Positions 41,799 to 49,735 of a DNA stretch of 64,000 nt are shown in pieces. The translations under genes were made by a program, and so were the position numbers. Positions within the stretch are counted from its first letter, which is position 1. Every line of letters begins with the position of its first letter. The notes under the pieces are model-generated. The model was not told the DNA's origin. It did no database searches and was given only the letters and a program-made list of their open reading frames with translations. Source of the DNA: Dehalococcoidia bacterium (GTDB lineage: Bacteria > Chloroflexota > Dehalococcoidia > Plut-88900). The DNA lies in contig OZ240219.1 of assembly GCA_965197645.1 (NCBI GenBank), positions 3,104,001 to 3,168,000 of the forward strand. The letters run 5' to 3'.

Positions 41799-42779
41799 CT
41801 ATTCACCTTTGCCTTCCCTGATCTTCTTGAGCTGCCTGAACAGGTCCAGCTCTTCTTCGCTCATTTCATTGGGAAGCACTACTTTCACTTTTGCGAGCAG
41901 GTCACCCTTGCCGTCTTTGTTGAGGGCCGGCATACCCTTGCCCCTCAACCTGAAGGTACGTCCGCTCTGGGTCCCCTGAGGAATCTTCAGCGAGACCTTT
42001 CCGTTCATGGTCTCCACCTGGACCTCGCCTCCCAGCACTACATCGACGAGGGGCACCGGCACCTCGACGTGGAGGTCCACGCCCTTCCTGACGAACTTAC
42101 CGTGCGGCTTAACCTCGACTACCAGGTAGATTGCGGAGACCCGGCCTTCCTGGCCGCTGGGGCTGATCCTGACCCTGGTGCCGGTATCGACGCCGGCCGG
42201 GACCTTGACTTCCAGCCTCCTGGGATCGCGGACTCCCCCGGCTCCTCCGCATTTGGGGCAGATGTTCTGTCCCCTTGCACCGGAGCCGGCACACGCGGGA
42301 CAGGGCCGTTGATCGACATACTCGATGATCCGACTGGTTCCCCTATACGCCTCCTCCAACGTCACCTCTATCGGGTGCTCTACCGAAGGAGCAGGACGGG
42401 TCTCGAACGTTTCGCCAAAAGGGCTCCTGCCGCGGTTTCTCATCACCGATGAGAGAATGTCATCGAAAGCACCGTGGCCTACCCTCGTTTGGGGGCCTCC
42501 CTGCGATTCGAAGGTCCAGCTGAAGGACTGGGGGCCCCTGCCAAAGAACTCCTCGAAGTTCCAACCGCGCCCTCGCTGGTCGTACTGTTGACGAGCCTCC
42601 TGGTTGGAGAGTACCTGATAGGCCTCGTTGACCTCCTTGAACTTCTCGGAGGCCTGGTTGTCCCCCGGGTTCACATCCGGATGATGCTTGCGAGCCAGCC
42701 GCCTGAAGGCTTTCTGGATCTCTTTTTCGGAGGCGTCTTTGGGAACGCCCAATATGTCGTAGTAGCTCTTGTCAGCCAT
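41799..42779 (-). CDS. DnaJ/CbpA-type J-domain co-chaperone
   Basis: YYDILGV, HPD motif, two CxxCxGxG repeats, DnaJ C-terminal domain. Confidence 0.92.
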   Translation of the reverse strand: MADKSYYDILGVPKDASEKEIQKAFRRLARKHHPDVNPGDNQASEKFKEVNEAYQVLSNQEARQQYDQRGRGWNFEEFFGRGPQSFSWTFESQGGPQTRVGHGAFDDILSSVMRNRGRSPFGETFETRPAPSVEHPIEVTLEEAYRGTSRIIEYVDQRPCPACAGSGARGQNICPKCGGAGGVRDPRRLEVKVPAGVDTGTRVRISPSGQEGRVSAIYLVVEVKPHGKFVRKGVDLHVEVPVPLVDVVLGGEVQVETMNGKVSLKIPQGTQSGRTFRLRGKGMPALNKDGKGDLLAKVKVVLPNEMSEEELDLFRQLKKIREGKGE

Positions 42780-42806
42780 TGGAGTACACCGGCTATCAGT
42801 GTGACT

Positions 42807-42835
42807 ATCATACAACCTTCTAGTAAATCTGTCAA
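42807..42835 (-). promoter_or_regulatory. Sigma70 promoter of dnaJ-hspR-clp
   Basis: Minus strand TTGACA-17nt-TATGAT. Confidence 0.75.
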
Positions 42836-42863
42836 TGGTTTTATTAGATTAGTGCCTTAGTTA

Positions 42864-42893
42864 GTTGACAATCTCATTATCAAGTATTATACT
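42864..42893 (+). promoter_or_regulatory. Sigma70 promoter of hsp20 overlapped by a HAIR-like operator
   Basis: TTGACA(42865)-17nt-TATACT(42888); GTTGACA-N7-TATCAAG matches CTTGAGT-N7-ACTCAAG at 9/14. Confidence 0.7.
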
Positions 42894-43016
42894 GTTACCA
42901 CCAGAGGAATGAAGCAGCAGTTGCAAAAGGAGGTGGCCGCCAAAGCGATAGAAACTCCATAGCTTCATCGACCAGCTCGAAACTACAAGCACACAGTTCA
43001 GAAAGGATAACGTAAC

Positions 43017-43490
43017 ATGAAAGCACTAACTCGGAGGCATCCCTTCGGCCACGTAGATCACGGCAAGAGGTTTTTCGACAGGTTCTTCGATGACTCCCTG
43101 TTCCGACCTTACCGGGTCCGCACATTGACTCTCGAAGACAACCGGGTAACCCTGGACATGTACCAGACGGAGGACGAGATGGTCGTCAAGGCTTCTCTCC
43201 CCGGCCTGACGACCGAGGACGTGGACATCTCCATCGAGAACAACGTCCTGACCATTAGGGGCGAAGCCGATGAGTCCACCGAAGAGAAGCAGGGAGACTA
43301 CATCCTCCGAGAGCGGCACTCGGGCTCCTACAGCCGCAGCGTCCGGCTGCCCAAGAACCTCACAACCGCCAAGACGGAGGCTACCTTCGAGGACGGCGTC
43401 CTGACCGTTACTATTCCCAAGTCGGAAGACGCCAAACCGGAGACGATCAAGGTCAAGGCTGTCAAGAAGAACGGTGGCGAAGAGGCCTAA
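43017..43490 (+). CDS. Hsp20/alpha-crystallin small heat-shock protein
   Basis: ASLPGL..EDVDI, LTIRGE, RER..GSYSRSV.LP, A.FEDGVLTVTIPK. Confidence 0.95.
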   Translation: MKALTRRHPFGHVDHGKRFFDRFFDDSLFRPYRVRTLTLEDNRVTLDMYQTEDEMVVKASLPGLTTEDVDISIENNVLTIRGEADESTEEKQGDYILRERHSGSYSRSVRLPKNLTTAKTEATFEDGVLTVTIPKSEDAKPETIKVKAVKKNGGEEA

Positions 43491-43640
43491 GGTAGACGAC
43501 TCTATCCGCTGGAGCCGACACAGGGCAAACCTCAGGAGGGGCTTTCCGAAGTATCGGAAGGCTCCTCTTCCATTTGTCGACGGATAGGGTCGATTCTCGA
43601 CCGAAATCTGAGATAATACACGCAAGGCTCGATAAGAAAG

Positions 43641-44852
43641 GTGGAAGCCATGGACCAATGGCAGGCTCTAGCAGAGGGCGTAAACGAGGACCGACTTCTG
43701 AACACGCTGATGGAGATGGTCGCTATACCCTCGCCCTCGGGAGAAGAGGGTAAGATAGGCAGGTTCATCGCCGAGAAATCCCGGGGATGGGGCCTGGACG
43801 TCCAGGTCAAGCCCGTGATCGATGACCGGGTAAACGTGCACGTCGTCCTATCTGCTGAAGAACCCGGGCCCACGTTCCTCTTCAACGGCCACCTGGACAC
43901 GGAGCCACTGGCGCCTGGCTGGACCCTCTCTCCCTTCGAACCCTTCGTGAAAGATGGATACCTATACGGCTCCGACGCCTCCAACATGAAAGCCGCCAAC
44001 TCCGCCATGCTGGAAGCTCTTCTCGTGCTTCGGGAGAAGGGCGCCGTGAAAAAGGGCAAGGTGATAATCACCTTCGTGGCCGGCGAGTGCGACAAGCTGG
44101 GCATAGGGACCCAGCACACCATCAAAGACGGTGTGAAAGCCGATGCCGCGCTGGTGGGAGAGCCCAAAGACCTGCAGGTGCTTACGGCCCACTCGTCCGT
44201 CCTGCAAGCCAAGGTCACCACCCACGGTGTACCGGTGCACGTGAGGAACAGGGAGTTGGGCGTATGCGCCATCCAGAAGATGATGAAAATCATCGGCGCC
44301 CTGAACGATGACATCCTTACGTACACGCCCCAGCCCGACGTGCCGGTGCCTCCCAGGCTGAACGTGGGCTGGATAAAGGGGGGAGCGTTGCCCAGCAGTA
44401 CGGCCCCCTTCTGCGAAGCCATCGTGGAGGTCCGGGGTATCCCCGGCATGTCGGTGGAGGGAGTCATCGAAGACGTGGAGCGGGTCATAGAGAAGCTGCG
44501 GCAAGACGATCCCGAGATCGAAGCGTCGGTTACAGAGCACTCTCCGCTGCCCTTTGGACCGCGCGTTCCCCTATCGACATCACGGGATGAACGAGTTGTG
44601 CGGGTTACGAGCGAGGCCAGCCAGATGGTCACTGGCGAAGAGCCGCGGGCTACTGCACCATCTTCGTACTACGGCTGGTCGGATGCTCCAATCCTTCAGC
44701 AGGCAGGCATACCAACCGTGGTCTGCGGTCCGTTGACCGGCGACCAGGTCAACAAGCCTGACCAGAGGATCGAGTTCGAAAAGATAGTCCAAGCAGCGAA
44801 AGCCTACGCCATAGTAGCCGCCGAGATGACCCAAGGAGGAGACCATGATTAA
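43641..44852 (+). CDS. M20/ArgE-DapE family amidohydrolase
   Basis: IPSPSGEE, FNGHLDT, DGYLYG, VGEP, SDA..L..AGIPTVV.GP. Confidence 0.85.
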   Translation: MEAMDQWQALAEGVNEDRLLNTLMEMVAIPSPSGEEGKIGRFIAEKSRGWGLDVQVKPVIDDRVNVHVVLSAEEPGPTFLFNGHLDTEPLAPGWTLSPFEPFVKDGYLYGSDASNMKAANSAMLEALLVLREKGAVKKGKVIITFVAGECDKLGIGTQHTIKDGVKADAALVGEPKDLQVLTAHSSVLQAKVTTHGVPVHVRNRELGVCAIQKMMKIIGALNDDILTYTPQPDVPVPPRLNVGWIKGGALPSSTAPFCEAIVEVRGIPGMSVEGVIEDVERVIEKLRQDDPEIEASVTEHSPLPFGPRVPLSTSRDERVVRVTSEASQMVTGEEPRATAPSSYYGWSDAPILQQAGIPTVVCGPLTGDQVNKPDQRIEFEKIVQAAKAYAIVAAEMTQGGDHD

Positions 44853-45276
44853 CGACCTGAGCTTTGTGTGTGTTGCAGTCAAAGATATACAGGAGGCCAC
44901 CGGTCGATACCGGGACCTGTTCGGCCTCGAGGTGATGGTGCCGCCCACCGACAATGCCGAGCTGGGATTTCGCAGCACCTACCTGGGCAATGGTGTCAAA
45001 GTGATAATCGAGCTCATCGAACCCCTCGGCGAAAACAGCGCCGTCGGCAGGTTCCTGGAGGCCCGAGGTGAGGGCGTTTATCTGATAACCTTCGAGGTAG
45101 ATAGCCTCCAAGGGGCGGTGAACGGTGTTCGGGCGGAAGGTGGCCGTGTGACCGGCATCCCGGAGGCCCAGGAGGCCGGTGCCGACGACATGGTCTGGGT
45201 GCATCCCAAGAGCACCCACGGGGTGTTCGTCGAGCTCCTGCAGAAGGGCCACGGGCCGATGGACGGTAACCCCTGA
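44845..45276 (+). CDS. VOC family protein, methylmalonyl-CoA epimerase-like
   Basis: IELIEP...S.VGRFLE.RGEG, VHPKSTHGVFVEL. Confidence 0.82.
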   Translation: MINDLSFVCVAVKDIQEATGRYRDLFGLEVMVPPTDNAELGFRSTYLGNGVKVIIELIEPLGENSAVGRFLEARGEGVYLITFEVDSLQGAVNGVRAEGGRVTGIPEAQEAGADDMVWVHPKSTHGVFVELLQKGHGPMDGNP

Positions 45277-45286
45277 GCCCCCTATT

Positions 45287-45429
45287 GAGCTTGTTTCAAA
45301 AGTACGGTCGTCTTAGTCCCAACCGCCCGCCCTCGGAAGGTTTTGTAGCTGGGGGAACATCCCCCAGACCCCCTGCCAGAGGGAAGTTTCCCTCTGGACT
45401 CCCTCAAAGCAGGGTTCTGAGACAGGCCC
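45287..45429. mobile_element. 143-bp MITE with TATT target-site duplication
   Basis: TATT|GAGCTTGTTTCAAAA...TTCTGAGACAGGCCC|TATT. Confidence 0.9.
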
Positions 45430-45435
45430 TATTGC

Positions 45436-45464
45436 TTGACAATATATTGGCCCTCTGCTAGCAT
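45436..45464 (+). promoter_or_regulatory. Sigma70 promoter of the thrC-like operon
   Basis: TTGACA-17nt-TAGCAT with TG extension. Confidence 0.65.
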
Positions 45465-45533
45465 CTAGGCCGTTTTTGACCCGACAGGAGGTGGGTCTCC
45501 TCCCCGGATGTCACACTCCTAGAACGCTCCGAA

Positions 45534-46760
45534 ATGTCATACGCAACCGCGCTGAAATGTAAAGAGTGCACCAGGGAATACGCCCTGGAGCCGACTAACG
45601 TATGTGAGTTCTGCTTCGGGCCCCTTGAAGTGGTCTACGACTACCCGGCCATTGCGCGCAAGGTGAACAGGGAGAGCATCGAGGCCGGCCCCCACACCAT
45701 GTGGCGCTACCGGGACTTCCTTCCCGTGAACGGGGGCAAGGTAGTGGACCTGGGCACGGGTTTCACGCCCCTGCTCAAGGCCGACAACCTGGGGCGAGAG
45801 CTGGGCCTGGACAACCTTTACCTCAAGAACGACTGTGGTAACCCCTCCCACTCCTTCAAGGACCGGGTGGTGGGAGTCGCCAGCACGAAGGCCCGAGAGT
45901 TCGGGTTCGATACCATCGCCTGCGCCTCCACGGGCAACCTCGCCGGCTCCGTAGCCGCCCACGCGGCGAAAGCAGGCCTCAAGGCCTACGTCTTCATTCC
46001 CGCCGACCTGGAGCTGGGCAAAGTGGTCTCCGCGGCCATATACGGACCCACCTTGGTGGCGGTCAAGGGCAGCTACGACGAGGTCAACCGGCTTTGCAGC
46101 GAGCTGGCCGACAAGTACCGGTGGGCCTTCGCCAATATCAACGTGCGGCCCTACTACTCGGAGGGTAGCAAGACCCTGGGATTCGAGGTGGCGGAGCAGC
46201 TTGGGTGGCGTACCCCCGACTGGGCCGTAGTACCCGCAGCATCTGGATCTCTGCACACCAAGATATGGAAGGGCTACGAAGAGCTGGCCGAGGTGGGTAT
46301 CATCGATCCTCCCAAGACCCGCATGGCACTGGCCCAGGCCCGGGGCTGCTCGCCCATCGTTACTGCCTTCGAAGAGAACCGGATGGAAGTCAAGCCGGTG
46401 AAGCCGGACACCCTGGCCAAGTCTCTGGCCATCGGCAACCCGGCGGACGGATACTACGCGCTGAAGACCATCGAGGAGACCGATGGCTACGCGGCCGCGG
46501 CCACGGACCCCGAGATCGTAGAAGGGATGGCCATGCTGGCCCGCACCGAGGGCATCTTCGCCGAAACGGCGTCGGGAGTGGTCATATCATCCCTGAAGCA
46601 GATGGCGAAAAAGGGCGTCATCAAGCGGAACGACCTTACGGTAGCCTACATCACCGGCTCAGGGCTCAAGACCCAAGAGCCGGTGCAGAGCCTGGTCAAG
46701 CAGGTGACCGTAGAGCCTACGCTGGCTTCCTTCGAAGAGCAGATGAACGGCAACCTGTAG
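45534..46760 (+). CDS. Threonine synthase-like PLP enzyme
   Basis: N-terminal CxxC..CxxC, NPSHSFKDR, CASTGN, EGSKT, AKSLAIGNP.DG, ITGSGLK. Confidence 0.9.
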   Translation: MSYATALKCKECTREYALEPTNVCEFCFGPLEVVYDYPAIARKVNRESIEAGPHTMWRYRDFLPVNGGKVVDLGTGFTPLLKADNLGRELGLDNLYLKNDCGNPSHSFKDRVVGVASTKAREFGFDTIACASTGNLAGSVAAHAAKAGLKAYVFIPADLELGKVVSAAIYGPTLVAVKGSYDEVNRLCSELADKYRWAFANINVRPYYSEGSKTLGFEVAEQLGWRTPDWAVVPAASGSLHTKIWKGYEELAEVGIIDPPKTRMALAQARGCSPIVTAFEENRMEVKPVKPDTLAKSLAIGNPADGYYALKTIEETDGYAAAATDPEIVEGMAMLARTEGIFAETASGVVISSLKQMAKKGVIKRNDLTVAYITGSGLKTQEPVQSLVKQVTVEPTLASFEEQMNGNL

Positions 46761-46787
46761 CAACGATTTCGATGGGAGCAGCATCAA

Positions 46788-47030
46788 ATGGCTAAGATGC
46801 GGTCCAAGTTCACCTTCCCGCCCAATCTCGTTACCCAACCTATCATCTACGGCCTGGGGAAAAACTTCGACGTGATCACCAATATCCGCCGGGCGGACGT
46901 AACCGAAAACCAGGGCTGGGTGATACTGGAGCTCGAGGGCGAGGAAGCCGAGATCCAGCGAGGCCTGGACTGGGTCAGCGAAAGCGGGGTACGCGTCGAT
47001 CCCGTAGTCGGCGATATCGTCGAAGGATGA
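46788..47030 (+). CDS. NIL domain protein
   Basis: PIIY.L...FDV.TNIRRADV....GWVILELEG. Confidence 0.85.
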   Translation: MAKMRSKFTFPPNLVTQPIIYGLGKNFDVITNIRRADVTENQGWVILELEGEEAEIQRGLDWVSESGVRVDPVVGDIVEG

Positions 47031-47080
47031 CAGATACTTTATACTGATATTGGCGGTAAGGAATCCAGGAGGTTTACTAG

Positions 47081-47356
47081 ATGAGCGTTACCCTCAAGAT
47101 CCCGACTCCTCTGCGCAAGATGACCAACGGTGTGAGCGACGTTCAGGTCGCTGGGGCAAATCTGTCCGAGTGTATAGGTGACCTCGAGGGTCAGTTCCCC
47201 GGGATCAAAGAGAGGCTTATCAACGACGCCGGCGAACTCCACCGGTTCGTCAACATCTACGTCAACGGCGAGGATATCCGCTTCCTGGAGGGGCTCAAGA
47301 CCTCGATCAAGGAGAACGACGAGGTCAGCATCGTTCCCGCCGTAGCCGGCGGCTAG
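47081..47356 (+). CDS. MoaD/ThiS-family ubiquitin-like sulfur carrier
   Basis: IPTPLR, FVNIYVNGEDIR, ends PAVAGG. Confidence 0.93.
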   Translation: MSVTLKIPTPLRKMTNGVSDVQVAGANLSECIGDLEGQFPGIKERLINDAGELHRFVNIYVNGEDIRFLEGLKTSIKENDEVSIVPAVAGG

Positions 47357-47359
47357 CTA

Positions 47360-47730
47360 CGAACCCACCCCAACCCGTGTTACTTTTCCCTCCCAACCGC
47401 CCTGGGACGTTTACCTTGTATATTGGGGGCACATCCCCCTAACCCCCTGCCAGAGGGAAGCCCTCTGGACTCCCCGGGTACGCCCCTTCGTCATTGCGAG
47501 CCCCGACTCTGTCGGGGCGTGGCAATCTAGCTGGGTTTGGTCGTTGATCCGGTAGAGACCATCCCCACCCCAGGTGGTTCTTCCCACCCGCCCTCCCTGA
47601 GACGTTTCGTGTATAGGGGCACATCCCGCAGCCCCTGCTAGAGTCAGGGCGCGGCCCTGCACCCATAACATGAGATAAGAAGAGGGCGAAGTCCCTTTGC
47701 CGGGAGTCTGAGGGTGTCCCTCAGGAATTA
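47360..47730. repeat. Composite repeat cluster (MITE core x2, module C at 47490-47540, module B end)
   Basis: Matches to 45287-45429, 32268-32512 (inverted), 10404/63082 and ~203-245 (inverted). Confidence 0.85.
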
Positions 47731-47735
47731 TCTAC

Positions 47736-49466
47736 TTACAGTCCCCGGGCTTCCGCTCTGCGGAGGACGTCTGCGCCGCCGTGCAGCCTGCCCGTCTCCG
47801 GGTTGACTGATACGCCTACCGGCCGGGAGAAGGCGTGCTGCAGGTAGTTGTTCTCCCCCTCTACCATCCGGTGTCCCAAGGAGCTCAACGCCTCGATAGT
47901 CGGTCCGTCCAGGCGGTCGTCGAACAGGGTGTCCATGGCGCTGCAATCTACCCTGGGCGCGGCGATGGCGGCCTGGACTCCCATGCCATGGTCCACCACG
48001 TTCATCACTATCTGGGCCAGCGCGCTTATGATCTTTCGCCCGCCCGGCGCACCTATGCTCAGGAACGGCTTGCCGTCTCGCAGCACTATGAGCGGCCCCA
48101 TGTTCACCAGCGGCCGTTTGAACCCGTCTATCGAGTTGGCTCTACCGGGCGCAGGGTTGAACCACACCATGCCGCTGGCGAACTGGATGCCGGTGCCCGG
48201 ACACACCACCGCCGAGCTGCTGGCCACGGTGTGAGTGCAGGAGACCATATTCCGGTCCCTGTCCACCACGCCCAGGTGGGTCGTGCTGGTCGATGGCGTC
48301 AGGCCCGAAGGTTCGAAGGCACTTTTCGGCCTGGGAGAATCATCGAACTGCCAGGGATCGTGGATGGGGTCTTGCGCATAGGCGAGCCAGGGTTGAAGGT
48401 CACCAGAGTCTTCCAGCGAAGCGCTCCGTCTATCGATACCTGCCGCTATCGACGCTCCATACGCCGGGGCGAGCAGCCCCTTCATCGGCACCGGCACATA
48501 GTCCGGGTCGCCAAGGTGGGAATACCGGTCGGCGAAGGCGTGTCTAGCCGCCTCGATGAACAGATGCAGGTACTGTACGTCGTTGTGCTCCAGGGAACCC
48601 ATGTCGAAGCTGTTCAGGATGGAAAGGGTCTCCAGCTCGGTGATGCCGCCGTTGGGAGCCGTGGCCGAGAGCACCTCGTAACCCCGGTAGTCGAGCTTCA
48701 GCGGTTCAACGATGCGAGCCTCGTAGCGCTGCATGTCCTCCTTGCTGAGCAGCCCATCGTTGGCGCGCATGTCCTCGTCTATAGCCGAGGCTATCTCTCC
48801 CTTGTAGAAGGCGTCCCTGCCTTCCCTGGCGACTCGCCGCAGGATCTGGGCCAGGTCCCTTTGCACAAGTCTGTCGCCGATCTTGGGAGGGAACCCTTTG
48901 TTCAGCATGATCGAGGAGAACTCCCGGAACCTGACTATCCGGTCGATCTCCGAGGCGATCTGGTAAAAGGTATGCCAGTCGATCTCGAAGCCCTCTTCAG
49001 CGTGGTGGATGGCCGGTTCCAAGACCTGCTCCAGCGGTAGGGAACCGTATCTTTCGTGGGCCAAGCAGAACCCGGCCACCGAGCCGGGCACCGACGCCGA
49101 CCTGTACCCGAAGATGTTCTCCGCCCCACGCACGTTCTGGATGCCTATCTCCTCGATGGCGGAGTCCTCCAGCTGGTACACGTCGGCGGTGGCGACCATG
49201 GGAGCTCGGGGCGGAAACTCTACCACTACGCTCTTTCCCTCTGCGGCCATGTGGACCAACATGAAGCCGCAGCCGCCGATGCAGGTCATCATCGGTTCCA
49301 CCACCATGCTGACGAAGGCCGTAGCGACGGCTGCGTCCACTGCATTGCCACCCTGTTTCAGCATTTCCAGCCCGGCCTCGGTTGCCAGCGGGTGGTTGGC
49401 CGCGACCATGCCATGGTCGGATACTGCTTCGTCCTTGGTGACGTGGAGTCTGCTGCGAAGGGTCAT
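47736..49466 (-). CDS. ggt: Gamma-glutamyltransferase family protein
   Basis: GGNAVDAAVA, SVPG, TTHL.VVD..RN, GAPGG, GGAD.R. Confidence 0.9.
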   Translation of the reverse strand: MTLRSRLHVTKDEAVSDHGMVAANHPLATEAGLEMLKQGGNAVDAAVATAFVSMVVEPMMTCIGGCGFMLVHMAAEGKSVVVEFPPRAPMVATADVYQLEDSAIEEIGIQNVRGAENIFGYRSASVPGSVAGFCLAHERYGSLPLEQVLEPAIHHAEEGFEIDWHTFYQIASEIDRIVRFREFSSIMLNKGFPPKIGDRLVQRDLAQILRRVAREGRDAFYKGEIASAIDEDMRANDGLLSKEDMQRYEARIVEPLKLDYRGYEVLSATAPNGGITELETLSILNSFDMGSLEHNDVQYLHLFIEAARHAFADRYSHLGDPDYVPVPMKGLLAPAYGASIAAGIDRRSASLEDSGDLQPWLAYAQDPIHDPWQFDDSPRPKSAFEPSGLTPSTSTTHLGVVDRDRNMVSCTHTVASSSAVVCPGTGIQFASGMVWFNPAPGRANSIDGFKRPLVNMGPLIVLRDGKPFLSIGAPGGRKIISALAQIVMNVVDHGMGVQAAIAAPRVDCSAMDTLFDDRLDGPTIEALSSLGHRMVEGENNYLQHAFSRPVGVSVNPETGRLHGGADVLRRAEARGL

Positions 49467-49494
49467 CTGCTCCTCCTGTGCCGGTGAATCGATT

Positions 49495-49710
49495 CTAATC
49501 TACCGTCTCGGGCTCCACTTTGGGCCTTTCGTCCGGGGGGAATATGCCGACAGCATCGGGTTCGAGGCCGTACCGGGCCTTGAAACCTTCCAGCACCGCA
49601 GACTTGATGGTCGAGTGCAACAGGGCCGGTGGCAAGGTCCATTGGTCCTTGAACTTTCCCCAGCTTTCGTCACTGAAATCTATACTGGCCTTGAAGGACA
49701 CTCTTATCAT
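49495..49710 (-). CDS. Hypothetical protein (71 aa)
   Basis: Fills the gap between co-oriented genes; SD-like AGGGG upstream. Confidence 0.55.
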   Translation of the reverse strand: MIRVSFKASIDFSDESWGKFKDQWTLPPALLHSTIKSAVLEGFKARYGLEPDAVGIFPPDERPKVEPETVD

Positions 49711-49735
49711 CGGGCGGCCCCCTATCGGCGGACTC

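Noticed and set aside
43516-43545. CACAGGGCAAACC resembles the start of a c-di-GMP-I riboswitch
   Set aside because: The GAAA tetraloop stem and GACGCAAAGC segment are missing.
47360-47730. CRISPR or other regularly spaced array
   Set aside because: The repeats are degenerate, of mixed type and irregularly spaced, and no cas genes are present.
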